A DNA stretch of 64,000 bases from Candidatus Latescibacterota bacterium (GTDB taxonomy: Bacteria; Latescibacterota; UBA2968; GCA-2709665), in the NCBI GenBank assembly GCA_965203805.1, contig OZ241917.1:4352001-4416000 (forward strand). The letters are read 5' to 3'. A program made the translations under genes and the position numbers. The number at the start of each line of letters is the position of its first letter. Position 1 is the first letter of the stretch. The notes beneath the pieces were generated by a model. The model had not been told where the DNA came from. It saw nothing but the letters and a program-made list of their open reading frames with translations, and made no database searches. Positions 50,407 to 59,699 of the stretch are shown here, piece after piece.

Positions 50407-51168
50407 TCATGTGGCGCCGTTGCGTTCCCACCACCGCTTCGCCGAGGTCAGGCACGCAACCCCTTTTTCGATCAGGTCCAGGGCGGTGTCCGGCCCGGGT
50501 CGCTCTTCGCGGTAATGCGTCAGGACGGACTCATAGAACTCACGGATCTGTCGTCTGAGTCCGAAGTCCTCCGGAAGCGCATCGCAGGCCCGGTCCTTTG
50601 GCAGTTGCCAGGCCGATATCGGATCGTTCGAATGAATCGTCAGCACGTGAAAGAGGACCGGCCAGACTCTCGTGCACAGCAGCCTCACGTCCCTCTCGAG
50701 CCGTCCGTCCCCGTGATCGAGAAGACCCTTGCGCAGGAAATCCGGCGACGGTTCCAGGGCGGCCAATGCCTGTCTGGCGGACGCGGCAAGTTGCTCGGCG
50801 GTCGCTTCAGCCACCGGCAGGCGGCCGCGGACAACCCTATACGTTCCGGTGACCGGGCCGAGATTGTCATTTACAGTCTGCTGGACTGAAGTCGGGGTGC
50901 ACTGGATATACCGGAAGGGCCTGGGATCGATGTTTGCAAGATCACGGTGGATTTCCAGACCAAGGGCCAGCGGCAGGCAGCCATCCGAATCAAAGGCGTC
51001 GTCGTCCAGGAAGAGTTGAAAGTCGATATCGCTGCATCCCGGAATGAAGCCTCCCTTCACGGCGGAACCGAATACAATCAGTCCGGCGAACCATTCCCGA
51101 GTGTGGGAATAGGCGACGTCGGCCACCGCTTCCGCGATATCTCCGGCTTCCTCGACCACGAACTTCAT
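50407..51168 (-). CDS. Nucleotidyltransferase (Pol-beta superfamily)-like protein
   Basis: FGSAVKGGFIPGCSDID motif; the ORF extends to 51309 through an antitoxin-like stub. Confidence 0.75.
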   Translation of the reverse strand: MKFVVEEAGDIAEAVADVAYSHTREWFAGLIVFGSAVKGGFIPGCSDIDFQLFLDDDAFDSDGCLPLALGLEIHRDLANIDPRPFRYIQCTPTSVQQTVNDNLGPVTGTYRVVRGRLPVAEATAEQLAASARQALAALEPSPDFLRKGLLDHGDGRLERDVRLLCTRVWPVLFHVLTIHSNDPISAWQLPKDRACDALPEDFGLRRQIREFYESVLTHYREERPGPDTALDLIEKGVACLTSAKRWWERNGAT

Positions 51169-51577
51169 TTCAGGTAAAGGTTCCCGGTGATCTTGTCCAA
51201 GGTGGATCGTGCGCGTTGGCGTCAACTTGCCGCGCTTAATCGCTCCTGCCTGCTTGACACTGGCTGCAAGTTGCACGAAATCTCGGTCATTCATCTCAGG
51301 TTTCCCCATACGAGCTTACTGCGCAACTTTCGACCTATGTTCCTTCCACAATGAATGAAACGCCCCCAAGCCCAACCTGCCAATACCCATCCACCTCTGT
51401 TTACACATCGACATTTGGCCCCTGGCAAGCCGGCTCTTTGAGTATCTCACTCCGGGAGGTTGAACGTACACAGTTTTGGAGGCTTCGAGGAAATCAAGGC
51501 CTCGCGGGCATTCTAAACCTGGTTTCATTAACCGCCGCGAAAAACGACGGCGCACACGAGTGAACGCCTGGCTGTTT

Positions 51578-51856
51578 TTATACCAACGCGATGCGCAGTT
51601 GCCGGCCGAGAGCCCGTGCAGCGCGGTCTAGTGTCCGCAGGGTTACCGAAGCATTCGAGGCGTCAAGCAAGCGGTCCAGCGCCGACCGGCTGGTTTGCAT
51701 ACGCCTCGCCATCTCGGACTTGGACAGCTTGTGTTCCTTCATGAACTGGCTCAACTGAAACGCAATTACGCGTTTGGCTGCCGTCGCTTCTGATTCACTG
51801 AGGAGACCCTCTTCCTCGAGGAACTCATCGAAATTGCTGCCGGTATGTTTGCTCAT
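51578..51856 (-). CDS. XRE/HigA-like HTH antitoxin (orphan)
   Basis: HTGSNFDEFLEEEG...SKSEMARRMQTSRSALDRLLD...VTLRTL; GGAGG RBS. Confidence 0.85.
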   Translation of the reverse strand: MSKHTGSNFDEFLEEEGLLSESEATAAKRVIAFQLSQFMKEHKLSKSEMARRMQTSRSALDRLLDASNASVTLRTLDRAARALGRQLRIALV

Positions 51857-51906
51857 CGCGCCTCCTGTAACGTCTTGAGCCCAACGTGTCACACGAAGAG
51901 TGTTTC

Positions 51907-52337
51907 TCACAGGAAGTCGCGCAACGCCAGCAGGTTCTCGATCTCCGCGAATGGCTGGATGTCGCCGGGTTCTCTGCCTTTCCGATTGACCCAGATTCCC
52001 CTGATTCCGGCCTCTTGCGCTCCGGCGATGTCTTTATTGAGATTGTCTCCAACCATCCACGCAGCCAGACGAGATTCTCGTTTTCCCCGGCGAACTCGCA
52101 CCACAACCCCTCCCAGGAACTGATCCCAACGCGGCGGCAATAGTCGATTGCCGGAGTTGAGCGCCAGAGTTCGCCGGCCCGTTCCAGGACCCTGTCCCTG
52201 AGTTCAGCCGGGTGTACGCCGGCGTCCGTGTGCGCGCGTTGACCGGTCTGCTCAAGAGCCCTGAGCGCGACAGGTTTTTCCAGAATGAGCGTCTCGTCCA
52301 GGTCGAACAGGTTCGTTTTTACTGCAGATCGGCGCAT
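51907..52337 (-). pseudogene. HAD-family hydrolase with internal deletion and frameshift
   Basis: Motif I LFDLDETL in one frame is joined near 52055 to motif IV MVGDNLNKDIAGAQEAG in another; motifs II and III are absent. Confidence 0.75.
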
Positions 52338-52460
52338 TGGTTTACCCGGTATCCTGCCTTCAGCGGGATGACATTGCCGTTCCGCGAACTGCGCAACGAG
52401 CCCGGCGAATGCCCGAATTGCCCGAACCCTTGGGTGCTCGCATATCTCGACTCTTCGTGA

Positions 52461-52781
52461 TCAAATCCCTGCGGTCATTATCCGTAATATCATGGAAAAG
52501 TCATCGGGTTGGTCGGGGTCTTCCGCAATGCGGTTTACACGCACTACCCCACATGCCTCGCATCGGTGTTCAATCTGAAGACCCTTTCCGCTTTTTCGCC
52601 GCACACCGACCGGAGCCATCAGACCGCCACACTCGCTGGCTCGGTCTCCCATGCTCTCGTCGACGTGCTTCGAGTACAAACAGCGGGGACAGTGGTTCCG
52701 ATAACTCCCGCTGGCCAGCGGATACACTTCCGCCTGACAGAATTCGCAAACGAATCCAGTATTCTCATCTTTCCTGCCCAT
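52461..52781 (-). CDS. RNHCP-domain protein (Zn-binding)
   Basis: FVCEFC, YRNHCPRCLYSKHVD, GDRASECGGLMAP, HRCEACG, NRIAEDP; strong AAGGAGG RBS. Confidence 0.92.
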   Translation of the reverse strand: MGRKDENTGFVCEFCQAEVYPLASGSYRNHCPRCLYSKHVDESMGDRASECGGLMAPVGVRRKSGKGLQIEHRCEACGVVRVNRIAEDPDQPDDFSMILRIMTAGI

Positions 52782-52844
52782 GCCCTGACCTCCTTAAGTT
52801 TGAGTTGATGCTCAACCCAAGGAGTCAGGGTTCCGTTCCCTCTT

Positions 52845-53083
52845 CCCTACAGGACCCAGGCTTGACTGCCGAGTGACAGATTCACCGCCGGCCTTTAGAG
52901 CTGGCGATTACTTCCGGTTCCACCTTCATCCGGGCCTGTTTCATCCCGGAATCCGAACCTCGACCGCTTTTGTGTGATTGTGGCGGCCACTGTAAGACAG
53001 GTTACCCACCCCCACCTTCCACCGGTAGGTGTACGGTCAGCCTCACTGGCTGTGGCGTCGTCCCCTATCAGGCAAGTGCAGGA
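52845..53083 (-). ncRNA. Candidate large structured RNA upstream of the RNHCP gene (family unassigned)
   Basis: No credible ORF; 5' and 3' ends complementary; at least five internal helices found by eye. Confidence 0.6.
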
Positions 53084-53334
53084 TATATAGCCAGTTTCAA
53101 ATCGATAGCTCCTCCGTGGTTTTTGGTGCTTTGTTGATGATGTAATAAGACGATTAGCTATTCACGAACTCCGAGCTATTCCGTTGAGCCGCCGCAGTAA
53201 GACTGTCTCGTATGTCGAAGTTATGCGAGGGCTTTGGATGGCCTCGGCGTGACGGGAGTCACTGCGCAAGAAGGTATTGTAAAACGCCGTGAAGAACGCG
53301 GTCATACACTGCAGAGATCGCCAGCGCATTCAGG

Positions 53335-53739
53335 TTAAACCACCCGACGCGGCGCGGCCCCGGCCGGAGACCGTTCCCGCGCGGCGGACCGGAACAGCAG
53401 CGCCGATACGATCCATAGCGCGATGAAAAATCCGTTGAATCCAAGGATTTCGCGTACGGACATATACGGCGCGTGGTGCAACCCGGCGATCAGCGCGATT
53501 ACAGCGACCAGCGCCTGCGCGAGCGCGGTTGCGAACAGTGCGCGCGCCATTCCGGCCGGCCGAAAGCGCGCGGCGACGGCGCAGATGATGCCCACCGCGA
53601 ATACGCCGATATACATCCAGTCGGCAGGATCGCCCTCGCGACCGAGGACGCCGACGGCGCCGATCATCCAGGCGAGGAGTAATGGGGTCGCGAGCGCAAG
53701 GCCCACGGCGAGTTTGTACACGGGTTTGCCCATCTTCAT
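53335..53739 (-). CDS. Hypothetical four-TM membrane protein
   Basis: LLAWMIGAVGVLG, ARFRPAGMARAL, NGFFIALW. Confidence 0.75.
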   Translation of the reverse strand: MKMGKPVYKLAVGLALATPLLLAWMIGAVGVLGREGDPADWMYIGVFAVGIICAVAARFRPAGMARALFATALAQALVAVIALIAGLHHAPYMSVREILGFNGFFIALWIVSALLFRSAARERSPAGAAPRRVV

Positions 53740-53852
53740 TCCTTTCCCCCGGCGATGTTTCGTTGCTCTCGATATCGAAGGACGGGTATTTGCGCAACTC
53801 GGCATCTGATCGTTTGAGAGATGGTCACTGCACATCTGAAATGCGAGTACCT

Positions 53853-54068
53853 TCACACCTCAAGCGGGGTCAGACGAAATACCCGGGCCAACTTGGCGGC
53901 CTGCACCAGATCGCCGTCTTCGAGAGCTTCTCGTACATTATCCAGCTTTTCGGCGTCATTGATGGAAAGATAGGGCGGCCAACCGGCATCCCCATCGATC
54001 AACGAGACCTCCACCTCGGCAGCATACTCTCCGGCGTGCACCAATTTGGTAATGACTCGGTCCGTCAT
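53853..54068 (-). CDS. Small partner (putative antitoxin) of the DUF4258 protein
   Basis: KLVHAGEYAAEVEV...WPPYLS; 4-nt overlap with the DUF4258 gene. Confidence 0.7.
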   Translation of the reverse strand: MTDRVITKLVHAGEYAAEVEVSLIDGDAGWPPYLSINDAEKLDNVREALEDGDLVQAAKLARVFRLTPLEV

Positions 54069-54391
54069 GTTCGCCTCCTGATGAAACCCTCATCCCAATC
54101 CTCCGGGTCGGGACGATAGGCTGTTACTACAACCGCGGGTGACGTATGTCCCGCCGGAATGCCCCACACAATATGCATCGCTTTCCCGGTTCGGTCAAAT
54201 TGCAGTACGAGAACACAGGGACCCTTTGCGTAGCGTGGATAGTCTTCGACGACAACGGCATCTTCCACACCTTCGATAACGTCTCGCACTCTAATACCGT
54301 CCGCCGCTAATTCATCGTATCCATGGGCCGACACTCTCACTCTGCCTTCGCGCACTAATCGGATAACTGTATTTAACGTTTCGCTTACCAC
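54065..54391 (-). CDS. DUF4258 protein (putative toxin)
   Basis: SAHGYDEL, EDYP...GPCVLVL, HIVWG, VVTAYRPDPEDW. Confidence 0.85.
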   Translation of the reverse strand: MVSETLNTVIRLVREGRVRVSAHGYDELAADGIRVRDVIEGVEDAVVVEDYPRYAKGPCVLVLQFDRTGKAMHIVWGIPAGHTSPAVVVTAYRPDPEDWDEGFIRRRT

Positions 54392-54449
54392 TTCCTCATT
54401 CCCGTAATCAGCTGCAATGGATGGTCGTCCCTGACATAATCGTCGTTAA

Positions 54450-55280
54450 TTAGGTTGTGGGCGACTCGGGCGACTTCTCCACGACAAAGACGACATGGTC
54501 GGTTGTATCCCTGAACTGGGGCAACTCCGACGTCTCCGGTGCGAAATCCAGGACATTCTCGTATGCTTCGGGTTCAATCTCTCTCAGGGACTCAAGAAGC
54601 GGCGCCATGCCTCCGACAAAGCCCTCCGCGCCCGCGTAGCTTACAATTCGCAGTCCTGCGTCCCGGAGTTCATTGCCGGTGATCTCAGGGTTGGACCAGT
54701 GACATTCGGTGAAACCGGAAAGTTCGTGGTCTTCAAAAGCCTGTTCGCCCAGCATGCTCCGCAGAAAGGCGGGATCGCGGAAACGCTTCGGGAAATCGAC
54801 GACACCGCTTCTGAGCAAACCCAACGAATTCAGGAAGGCGACGATTGCCCTGCCGCCCGGTTTCAAAATGCGAAACATCTCGCGCAAAGCCCGGGATCGA
54901 TCATTACTGTCGATCAGGTGATAAAGCGGACCGAGAAGGAGGGCGGCGTCGAACGCTTCGTCGGCAAAAACGCCCAGGTCGCGTGCGTCTCCATGGATAA
55001 ACCCGGTTGCGCCAACTCCTTCCGATGCAAAGGCACGTTCTGCCCGCTCCAGCAGTTTTCCGGACAGGTCGAACAACGTCACCCTGTACCCGCGTCTGGC
55101 GAGCTCGATGGAATAGCGACCCGGTCCGCTCCCGATGTCGCACACTGCGCCGCCGCCTGGGAAGTACTTCTCGATGAGGCGCAACGTGGACGCGAATTCG
55201 ATTGGAGAAAGCCCCGTATCCAGCCGCTCCCACTCGCGTTCAGGCGCTGAGTCGTAGTAGTCCCGGACGTGCGTGCTCAT
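54450..55280 (-). CDS. Class I SAM-dependent methyltransferase (paralog 1)
   Basis: DIGSGPGRY, GDARDL, LGPLYH. Confidence 0.9.
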   Translation of the reverse strand: MSTHVRDYYDSAPEREWERLDTGLSPIEFASTLRLIEKYFPGGGAVCDIGSGPGRYSIELARRGYRVTLFDLSGKLLERAERAFASEGVGATGFIHGDARDLGVFADEAFDAALLLGPLYHLIDSNDRSRALREMFRILKPGGRAIVAFLNSLGLLRSGVVDFPKRFRDPAFLRSMLGEQAFEDHELSGFTECHWSNPEITGNELRDAGLRIVSYAGAEGFVGGMAPLLESLREIEPEAYENVLDFAPETSELPQFRDTTDHVVFVVEKSPESPTT

Positions 55281-55326
55281 TCAAACAGCAATCTCCCTCG
55301 ACGTCTTCACGGTCTTCGACTCTCGA

Positions 55327-56130
55327 TCAAACCGATGGTTCACGAAGCGATGCTTCCCATAGCGCGGACACATCCTGAGCGCATCCGACCTCGGGAAAAT
55401 ATCGGGCCATGTTGTCTGCGCAGATTGACCGGACCATTTCTTCGATATAACCCGGATCGACGAGAGACTCGAGCCGGTCCTGCCAGGTGCTGCGGTTCTG
55501 ATGCCCGTTGTCCACATCGATCGAATCCACAGGGATTTCAAGGAAGTCCGCCAACCGCCCGTGTGAACGAGCCAGTTCGTGGGTTCTGATCACAATCCGG
55601 CGATCTTCCGGTATCGGCCCGGTACACCTGTCGACGTGACCGTTCCAGGCGTGCAGGAAGGCCGGGATCGAATAGAGCCCTCGCTGTGCAAGCGCGCGAT
55701 CGTGACGCGAGTGGGGATAGCGTTCCGGCTTGATCCACCAGGGGAGAAAGTTCAGGATTTCAGGGGGCATCTCGCGGCTGATCAGGTGCCCGATAGCCGA
55801 TTGAAGCCAACTATAGCTGTCACGGACGAGAACGATGAACCTGGCGGAAGGGAAGAGGTGCAACAGATGGCCGATGACGAACTGGTTCACCCACGAGACA
55901 TCGTATTCCAGGTTGAGCCGGGCATCGCGCTCACGGAGGAACTTTCGGAAGGCGGAGGCGGAGACTTCACCCCGGGCCTCGCGGAGAATCATATCGAGCA
56001 GTTCGGGGCGCTCGGGTTCATGCGCCGCGCGGTAGTTTGTTGAAAGCAACCCGACCAGAGATGCCGTTCCGGACTTTGCCTGCCCGACGCAGAAGGCTTT
56101 GACCCGGACGGGCGTGTGATAATCAGTCAT
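55327..56130 (-). CDS. Sulfotransferase-family protein
   Basis: VGQAKSGTAS (5'-PSB), HEP, FIVLVRDSYSWLQS (3'-PB). Confidence 0.8.
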   Translation of the reverse strand: MTDYHTPVRVKAFCVGQAKSGTASLVGLLSTNYRAAHEPERPELLDMILREARGEVSASAFRKFLRERDARLNLEYDVSWVNQFVIGHLLHLFPSARFIVLVRDSYSWLQSAIGHLISREMPPEILNFLPWWIKPERYPHSRHDRALAQRGLYSIPAFLHAWNGHVDRCTGPIPEDRRIVIRTHELARSHGRLADFLEIPVDSIDVDNGHQNRSTWQDRLESLVDPGYIEEMVRSICADNMARYFPEVGCAQDVSALWEASLREPSV

Positions 56131-56160
56131 GGTGTCGTTGCCCTGGGCGGCATGAATGGA

Positions 56161-57003
56161 TCAAGCATCCTTGATCGCATGCGACGATGTGCCTGATTTC
56201 TCGACGACGAAGTGAACGTGGTTTGTTGCATCTCTGAACTGAGGAAGCTCGGACGTTTCTGCGGCGAATGCTTCAATATTCTCGTATACCGCCGGTTCAT
56301 TCTCCCTGAGCGTCTCGGGTAGCGGCGCCATGCCTCCGACAAAGCCCTCCGCGCCTGCATAGGTGACAATTTGGAGCCCTGCCTCAAGGAGTTCCTTGCA
56401 GGCGGTCTCAGGATTGGACCAGTGACACTCCGTAAAGTTCGGGCGTTCATGGTCTTCAAAGTTCGTTTCGCCGAGCAGGCTCCGCAGAAAGGAGGGATTG
56501 CGGAAGCGGTGGGGGAAACCGGCCACTCCCGTTCGGAGCAAACCCCACGCATTGAGGAAGGCGACAATTGCCGTGCCGCCCGGTTTCAGAATACGAACCA
56601 TCTCCCTCAACGCCTGAGATCGATCCGGCCTCTGGACCATGTGATACAAGGGGCCGAGAAGCAGGGCGGCGTCGAACGATTCGTCCTCGAAGACGCCAAG
56701 GTCGCGCGCATCCCCCTGAACGAATGCCGTAGCGTTGATTCCTTCTGTCATAAACGCCCCTTCTGCGCGCTCCAGCAGTGTCACGGACAGGTCGAAACAC
56801 GTCACTTGGTACCCGCGTCTGACGAGTTTGATGGAATACCGGCCGGGTCCGCATCCGATGTCGCACACGTCTCCATTCGCGGGGAAGTATTTTTTCATGA
56901 GCCGGAGGGTAGAAGCGAACTCGATTCGTGCAAGCCCCGTGTCCAGCCGTTCCCACTCGCGTTCCGGCGCCGAGTCGTAAAAGTCTCTGACGTGCGTGCT
57001 CAT
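56161..57003 (-). CDS. Class I SAM-dependent methyltransferase (paralog 2)
   Basis: DIGCGPGRY, GDARDL, LGPLYH; collinear with paralog 1. Confidence 0.9.
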   Translation of the reverse strand: MSTHVRDFYDSAPEREWERLDTGLARIEFASTLRLMKKYFPANGDVCDIGCGPGRYSIKLVRRGYQVTCFDLSVTLLERAEGAFMTEGINATAFVQGDARDLGVFEDESFDAALLLGPLYHMVQRPDRSQALREMVRILKPGGTAIVAFLNAWGLLRTGVAGFPHRFRNPSFLRSLLGETNFEDHERPNFTECHWSNPETACKELLEAGLQIVTYAGAEGFVGGMAPLPETLRENEPAVYENIEAFAAETSELPQFRDATNHVHFVVEKSGTSSHAIKDA

Positions 57004-57045
57004 TCAAACATCAACCGCCTCTTACATCCTTCCCGGACTCAATGC

Positions 57046-57639
57046 TTAAATCAGGACGGCCCCAACGGCGTCGAGCCGATATTGGCTGCCGTCGTATGCA
57101 ATGGTCGTAACGGAGCATTCCCGTACTGCTTCACTGCTATACGGGTCATCGCAGAATCCCGGACGGATCCGGTTCAATTCATCAGCCGAAAACACGTTGA
57201 GAAGGAAGTCCGCCAGGACACCGCCATGGGTTACACCGATCACGGTATCTCCGGATGACCGACGATGGCAATCGGAAACAAAAGCCTCTATGCGTCTGCC
57301 GGCCCCGATGCTCGAATCGCCAATATCGGGTTCGTAGTCCCGTTCCCTGGAACAGCGCTCCCACCGGGCCATGAATTCTTCGAAGGTCTGGCCTTCGATA
57401 TCTCCCCAGTTCAACCGTTCACGGAGGCGTGAATCATCAGTCAACTCGAGATTCAGAACGGCGGCGATGATTTCTGCCGTCTCTCTCGTCCGTGCGAGCG
57501 GACTGCAGAAGATCCGCGTGGCGCCTTCCGATACCAGCTTCCCGGCCAGTCTTTCCGCCTCTTCCCGACCCTCGGACGTCAGTGACGGATTCCCGATCCT
57601 TCGTTCTCTCTTCCCGTGTCGAATAAAGTGACAACGCAT
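57046..57639 (-). CDS. Histidine phosphatase family protein
   Basis: FIRHG, SPLARTRETA, LRER, VTHGG. Confidence 0.9.
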   Translation of the reverse strand: MRCHFIRHGKRERRIGNPSLTSEGREEAERLAGKLVSEGATRIFCSPLARTRETAEIIAAVLNLELTDDSRLRERLNWGDIEGQTFEEFMARWERCSRERDYEPDIGDSSIGAGRRIEAFVSDCHRRSSGDTVIGVTHGGVLADFLLNVFSADELNRIRPGFCDDPYSSEAVRECSVTTIAYDGSQYRLDAVGAVLI

Positions 57640-57701
57640 AGCGTCTGCCCGATCGTATTCCGCGATCCCCCGAATAGCCCGGTACCGCGTGGTGCAAGTA
57701 C

Positions 57702-58148
57702 CTATGCTACGTCCCCGCTGATATCGCCCATCGCTCGTTTCTTCGCCATTCTGGCGATCAACACCGAAATGACCGCTGAGGCTGAACTTAGCAGCGTCAC
57801 GGGAGTAATCGTTGCAACACCCCACAGCCACAACGGGTACGTGGTATTCACGGTGCCGACAACAAAGGGAAACACGCCCACGAGCAAACCGCTCAGCGCA
57901 CCCCAGACGCCGGCCCGTGACAGCGCCAACGCATCGATGCCGCGACTCCCTTCTGCAATCCCGACCACCGCGTAGAAGACCGCGCCGCAGAGGAAGCCGG
58001 GATACGCCCCGATCGCCAGCCACATTTCATCCATGGCGCCGCTCGGATCCACGATGACCCCGGTCAGGACACCAAGCGGCGCCCATGCGACAGCCCAGAT
58101 GAAGGCCATCAGCACCGCACCGCCAATACGTCTCAGCCGCGTATTCAT
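57702..58148 (-). CDS. Hypothetical membrane protein
   Basis: Four hydrophobic helices; AGGAGA RBS. Confidence 0.7.
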   Translation of the reverse strand: MNTRLRRIGGAVLMAFIWAVAWAPLGVLTGVIVDPSGAMDEMWLAIGAYPGFLCGAVFYAVVGIAEGSRGIDALALSRAGVWGALSGLLVGVFPFVVGTVNTTYPLWLWGVATITPVTLLSSASAVISVLIARMAKKRAMGDISGDVA

Positions 58149-58179
58149 CTGACATCTCTCCTTGTGAATAGGTTTCGGA

Positions 58180-58430
58180 TCATCCTGAGGAGGCCGTCAG
58201 GGTAACCAGGCCTCCGCGCATATGGGTTGGTGAAGGCTTCCGCTGCACGTCAAGCCGTTAAGACGGGAGATTCTTCGCTGCGCTCAGAATGACATGTCTT
58301 GCAATAGTCATAGGTGAGATGTTTCGGCAATACCTGCGCCTGAACTGTCATCCTGAGGAAGCCGGTGTAAAGGTGGGGCCTGCCTGCAGCGCAGGGCACT
58401 GCGCAGGCAGGCAGACATTCCTGTCTGCCC
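58180..58430. repeat. Cluster of REP-like palindromes
   Basis: TCATCCTGAG (twice) and CTCAGAATGA inverted units; GGCAGACATTCCTGTCTGCC unit carrying a 35-bp insert. Confidence 0.75.
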
Positions 58431-58447
58431 GCATCGCTGCCCTTATG

Positions 58448-59029
58448 TCACGTCTCGATCGGAGGAAAATCGATCGGTGTCAGGACGCCGAAGAAGCCAT
58501 ATTTGATACCGGATGGATCGCCCTTGCCAGGCGGAAAGTACTCCTCGATCAACTCCAGGAGACGGCGGTTGAATTCGGCCGCCTGTTCTTCCGAGAGTCG
58601 CGCGCGGTTATGGTTGACGGAGCTTTGAAATCTCGGGCCGAAAATGCCGTCCGCACTTTCGCGAAACGCCTGGTTGAATTGGCAAACGACCTCGCAAGGC
58701 ATTGGCTCGGTGGTTTCGGTCGTCTCATCAATCGGGTCCGGAAATCGGATCTTGCCTGCCGCGGGTACGCAACGCCACGCCCTTGGGTCACTACCTTTTT
58801 TTTCAAGATATACGACATCCGAATCCGCGAGACGTTCCAGGTGACGGAGAACCCGGGCGTCCGTAACACCCAGCATTGACGAGATTTCCGCCACGGATTT
58901 CCCTTCGCCAAGCGTCTCCAGGATGCGCAACCGGAGGGGGTCGGCGAGTACATCGACTCGCTCGTCATCGATAACAAGCATCGGTCTCGGCTTCACACCC
59001 GGAAACACCAATTCGCGCCAGCCGGCCAT
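58448..59029 (-). CDS. ArsR-like winged-HTH regulator
   Basis: LADPLRLRILETL...SVAEIS...HLERLAD. Confidence 0.8.
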   Translation of the reverse strand: MAGWRELVFPGVKPRPMLVIDDERVDVLADPLRLRILETLGEGKSVAEISSMLGVTDARVLRHLERLADSDVVYLEKKGSDPRAWRCVPAAGKIRFPDPIDETTETTEPMPCEVVCQFNQAFRESADGIFGPRFQSSVNHNRARLSEEQAAEFNRRLLELIEEYFPPGKGDPSGIKYGFFGVLTPIDFPPIET

Positions 59030-59113
59030 GTGGATCCTCCGCTGGAATATTGCTGCGCCTGTCCCTTTTCTCGTGACGAAAGGGAACTGCGCGTGCCCCT
59101 TTCGACGACCGCC

Positions 59114-59590
59114 CTATGGCAGCCTGGTGCTCAGCCAGGCTCGCAGCTTTTCCGCATAGGGTCTGCGCTGTTCCGGGCTGGTAGAGTGACGACGTTCGAA
59201 ATACAGTTTGTCGTTTTTCCACCGCGGAAAGACGTGCAGGTGATAGTGCCACACATCCTGGTTGCCGGCGGGCTCGTTGTGCTGGCGAGACGAGACGCCA
59301 TCGCAGCCATAGGTCTCCTTGAATCCGATGGAGATCTCTCTCGCGACCTCCTGAATTCTGGCCAGCAGATGCGATGGCATGGAGTAGACGTTCTCGATGT
59401 GCTCGTTCGGAATCACCAGCGCGTGACCGGGATTCTTCGGCCACCACGCGGAAGAGACAAAAGCCGTAACGTCGCCGTCCCGAAACACAACGTCATCCTG
59501 CTTCGTCCGGACGTGTTCGTTTTCGACGCCCTGTGCCACAAGACAAAACGGGCAGGTGTAGTCCGCAGGGGCGTGTACGAGTGTTTCCAT
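59114..59590 (-). CDS. HIT-family protein
   Basis: CPFC, PGHALVIP, QDVWHYHLHVFPR. Confidence 0.93.
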   Translation of the reverse strand: METLVHAPADYTCPFCLVAQGVENEHVRTKQDDVVFRDGDVTAFVSSAWWPKNPGHALVIPNEHIENVYSMPSHLLARIQEVAREISIGFKETYGCDGVSSRQHNEPAGNQDVWHYHLHVFPRWKNDKLYFERRHSTSPEQRRPYAEKLRAWLSTRLP

Positions 59591-59699
59591 TTGCGTGGGT
59601 CTTTGCAGCTATAGGCGGAGGTGAAATGTACCGATGCTCGGTTCGGACGCGCCGGGCAGTGTTGGCTGCCGGGTTTGAGGACCTGAGAGGATGACAGGG

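Noticed and set aside
52860-52955. Resemblance of minus-strand CCGGGATGAAACAGGC...GGCGGTG to the 23S rRNA peptidyl-transferase loop, and of CAGGCCCGGA to SRP RNA helix 8
   Set aside because: The matches are short and gapped. The 23S partner strand (GAAAGACCC) and the SRP GGAA-loop/AGCAG motif are missing, so it is not called rRNA or SRP.
52980-53000. Plus-strand GCCACTGTAA resembling a cobalamin riboswitch
   Set aside because: The other conserved elements are absent and no gene lies downstream on that strand.
57640-58023. N-terminal extension of the 325-aa phosphatase ORF
   Set aside because: It overlaps the membrane-protein gene in another frame; the RHG motif places the start at 57639.
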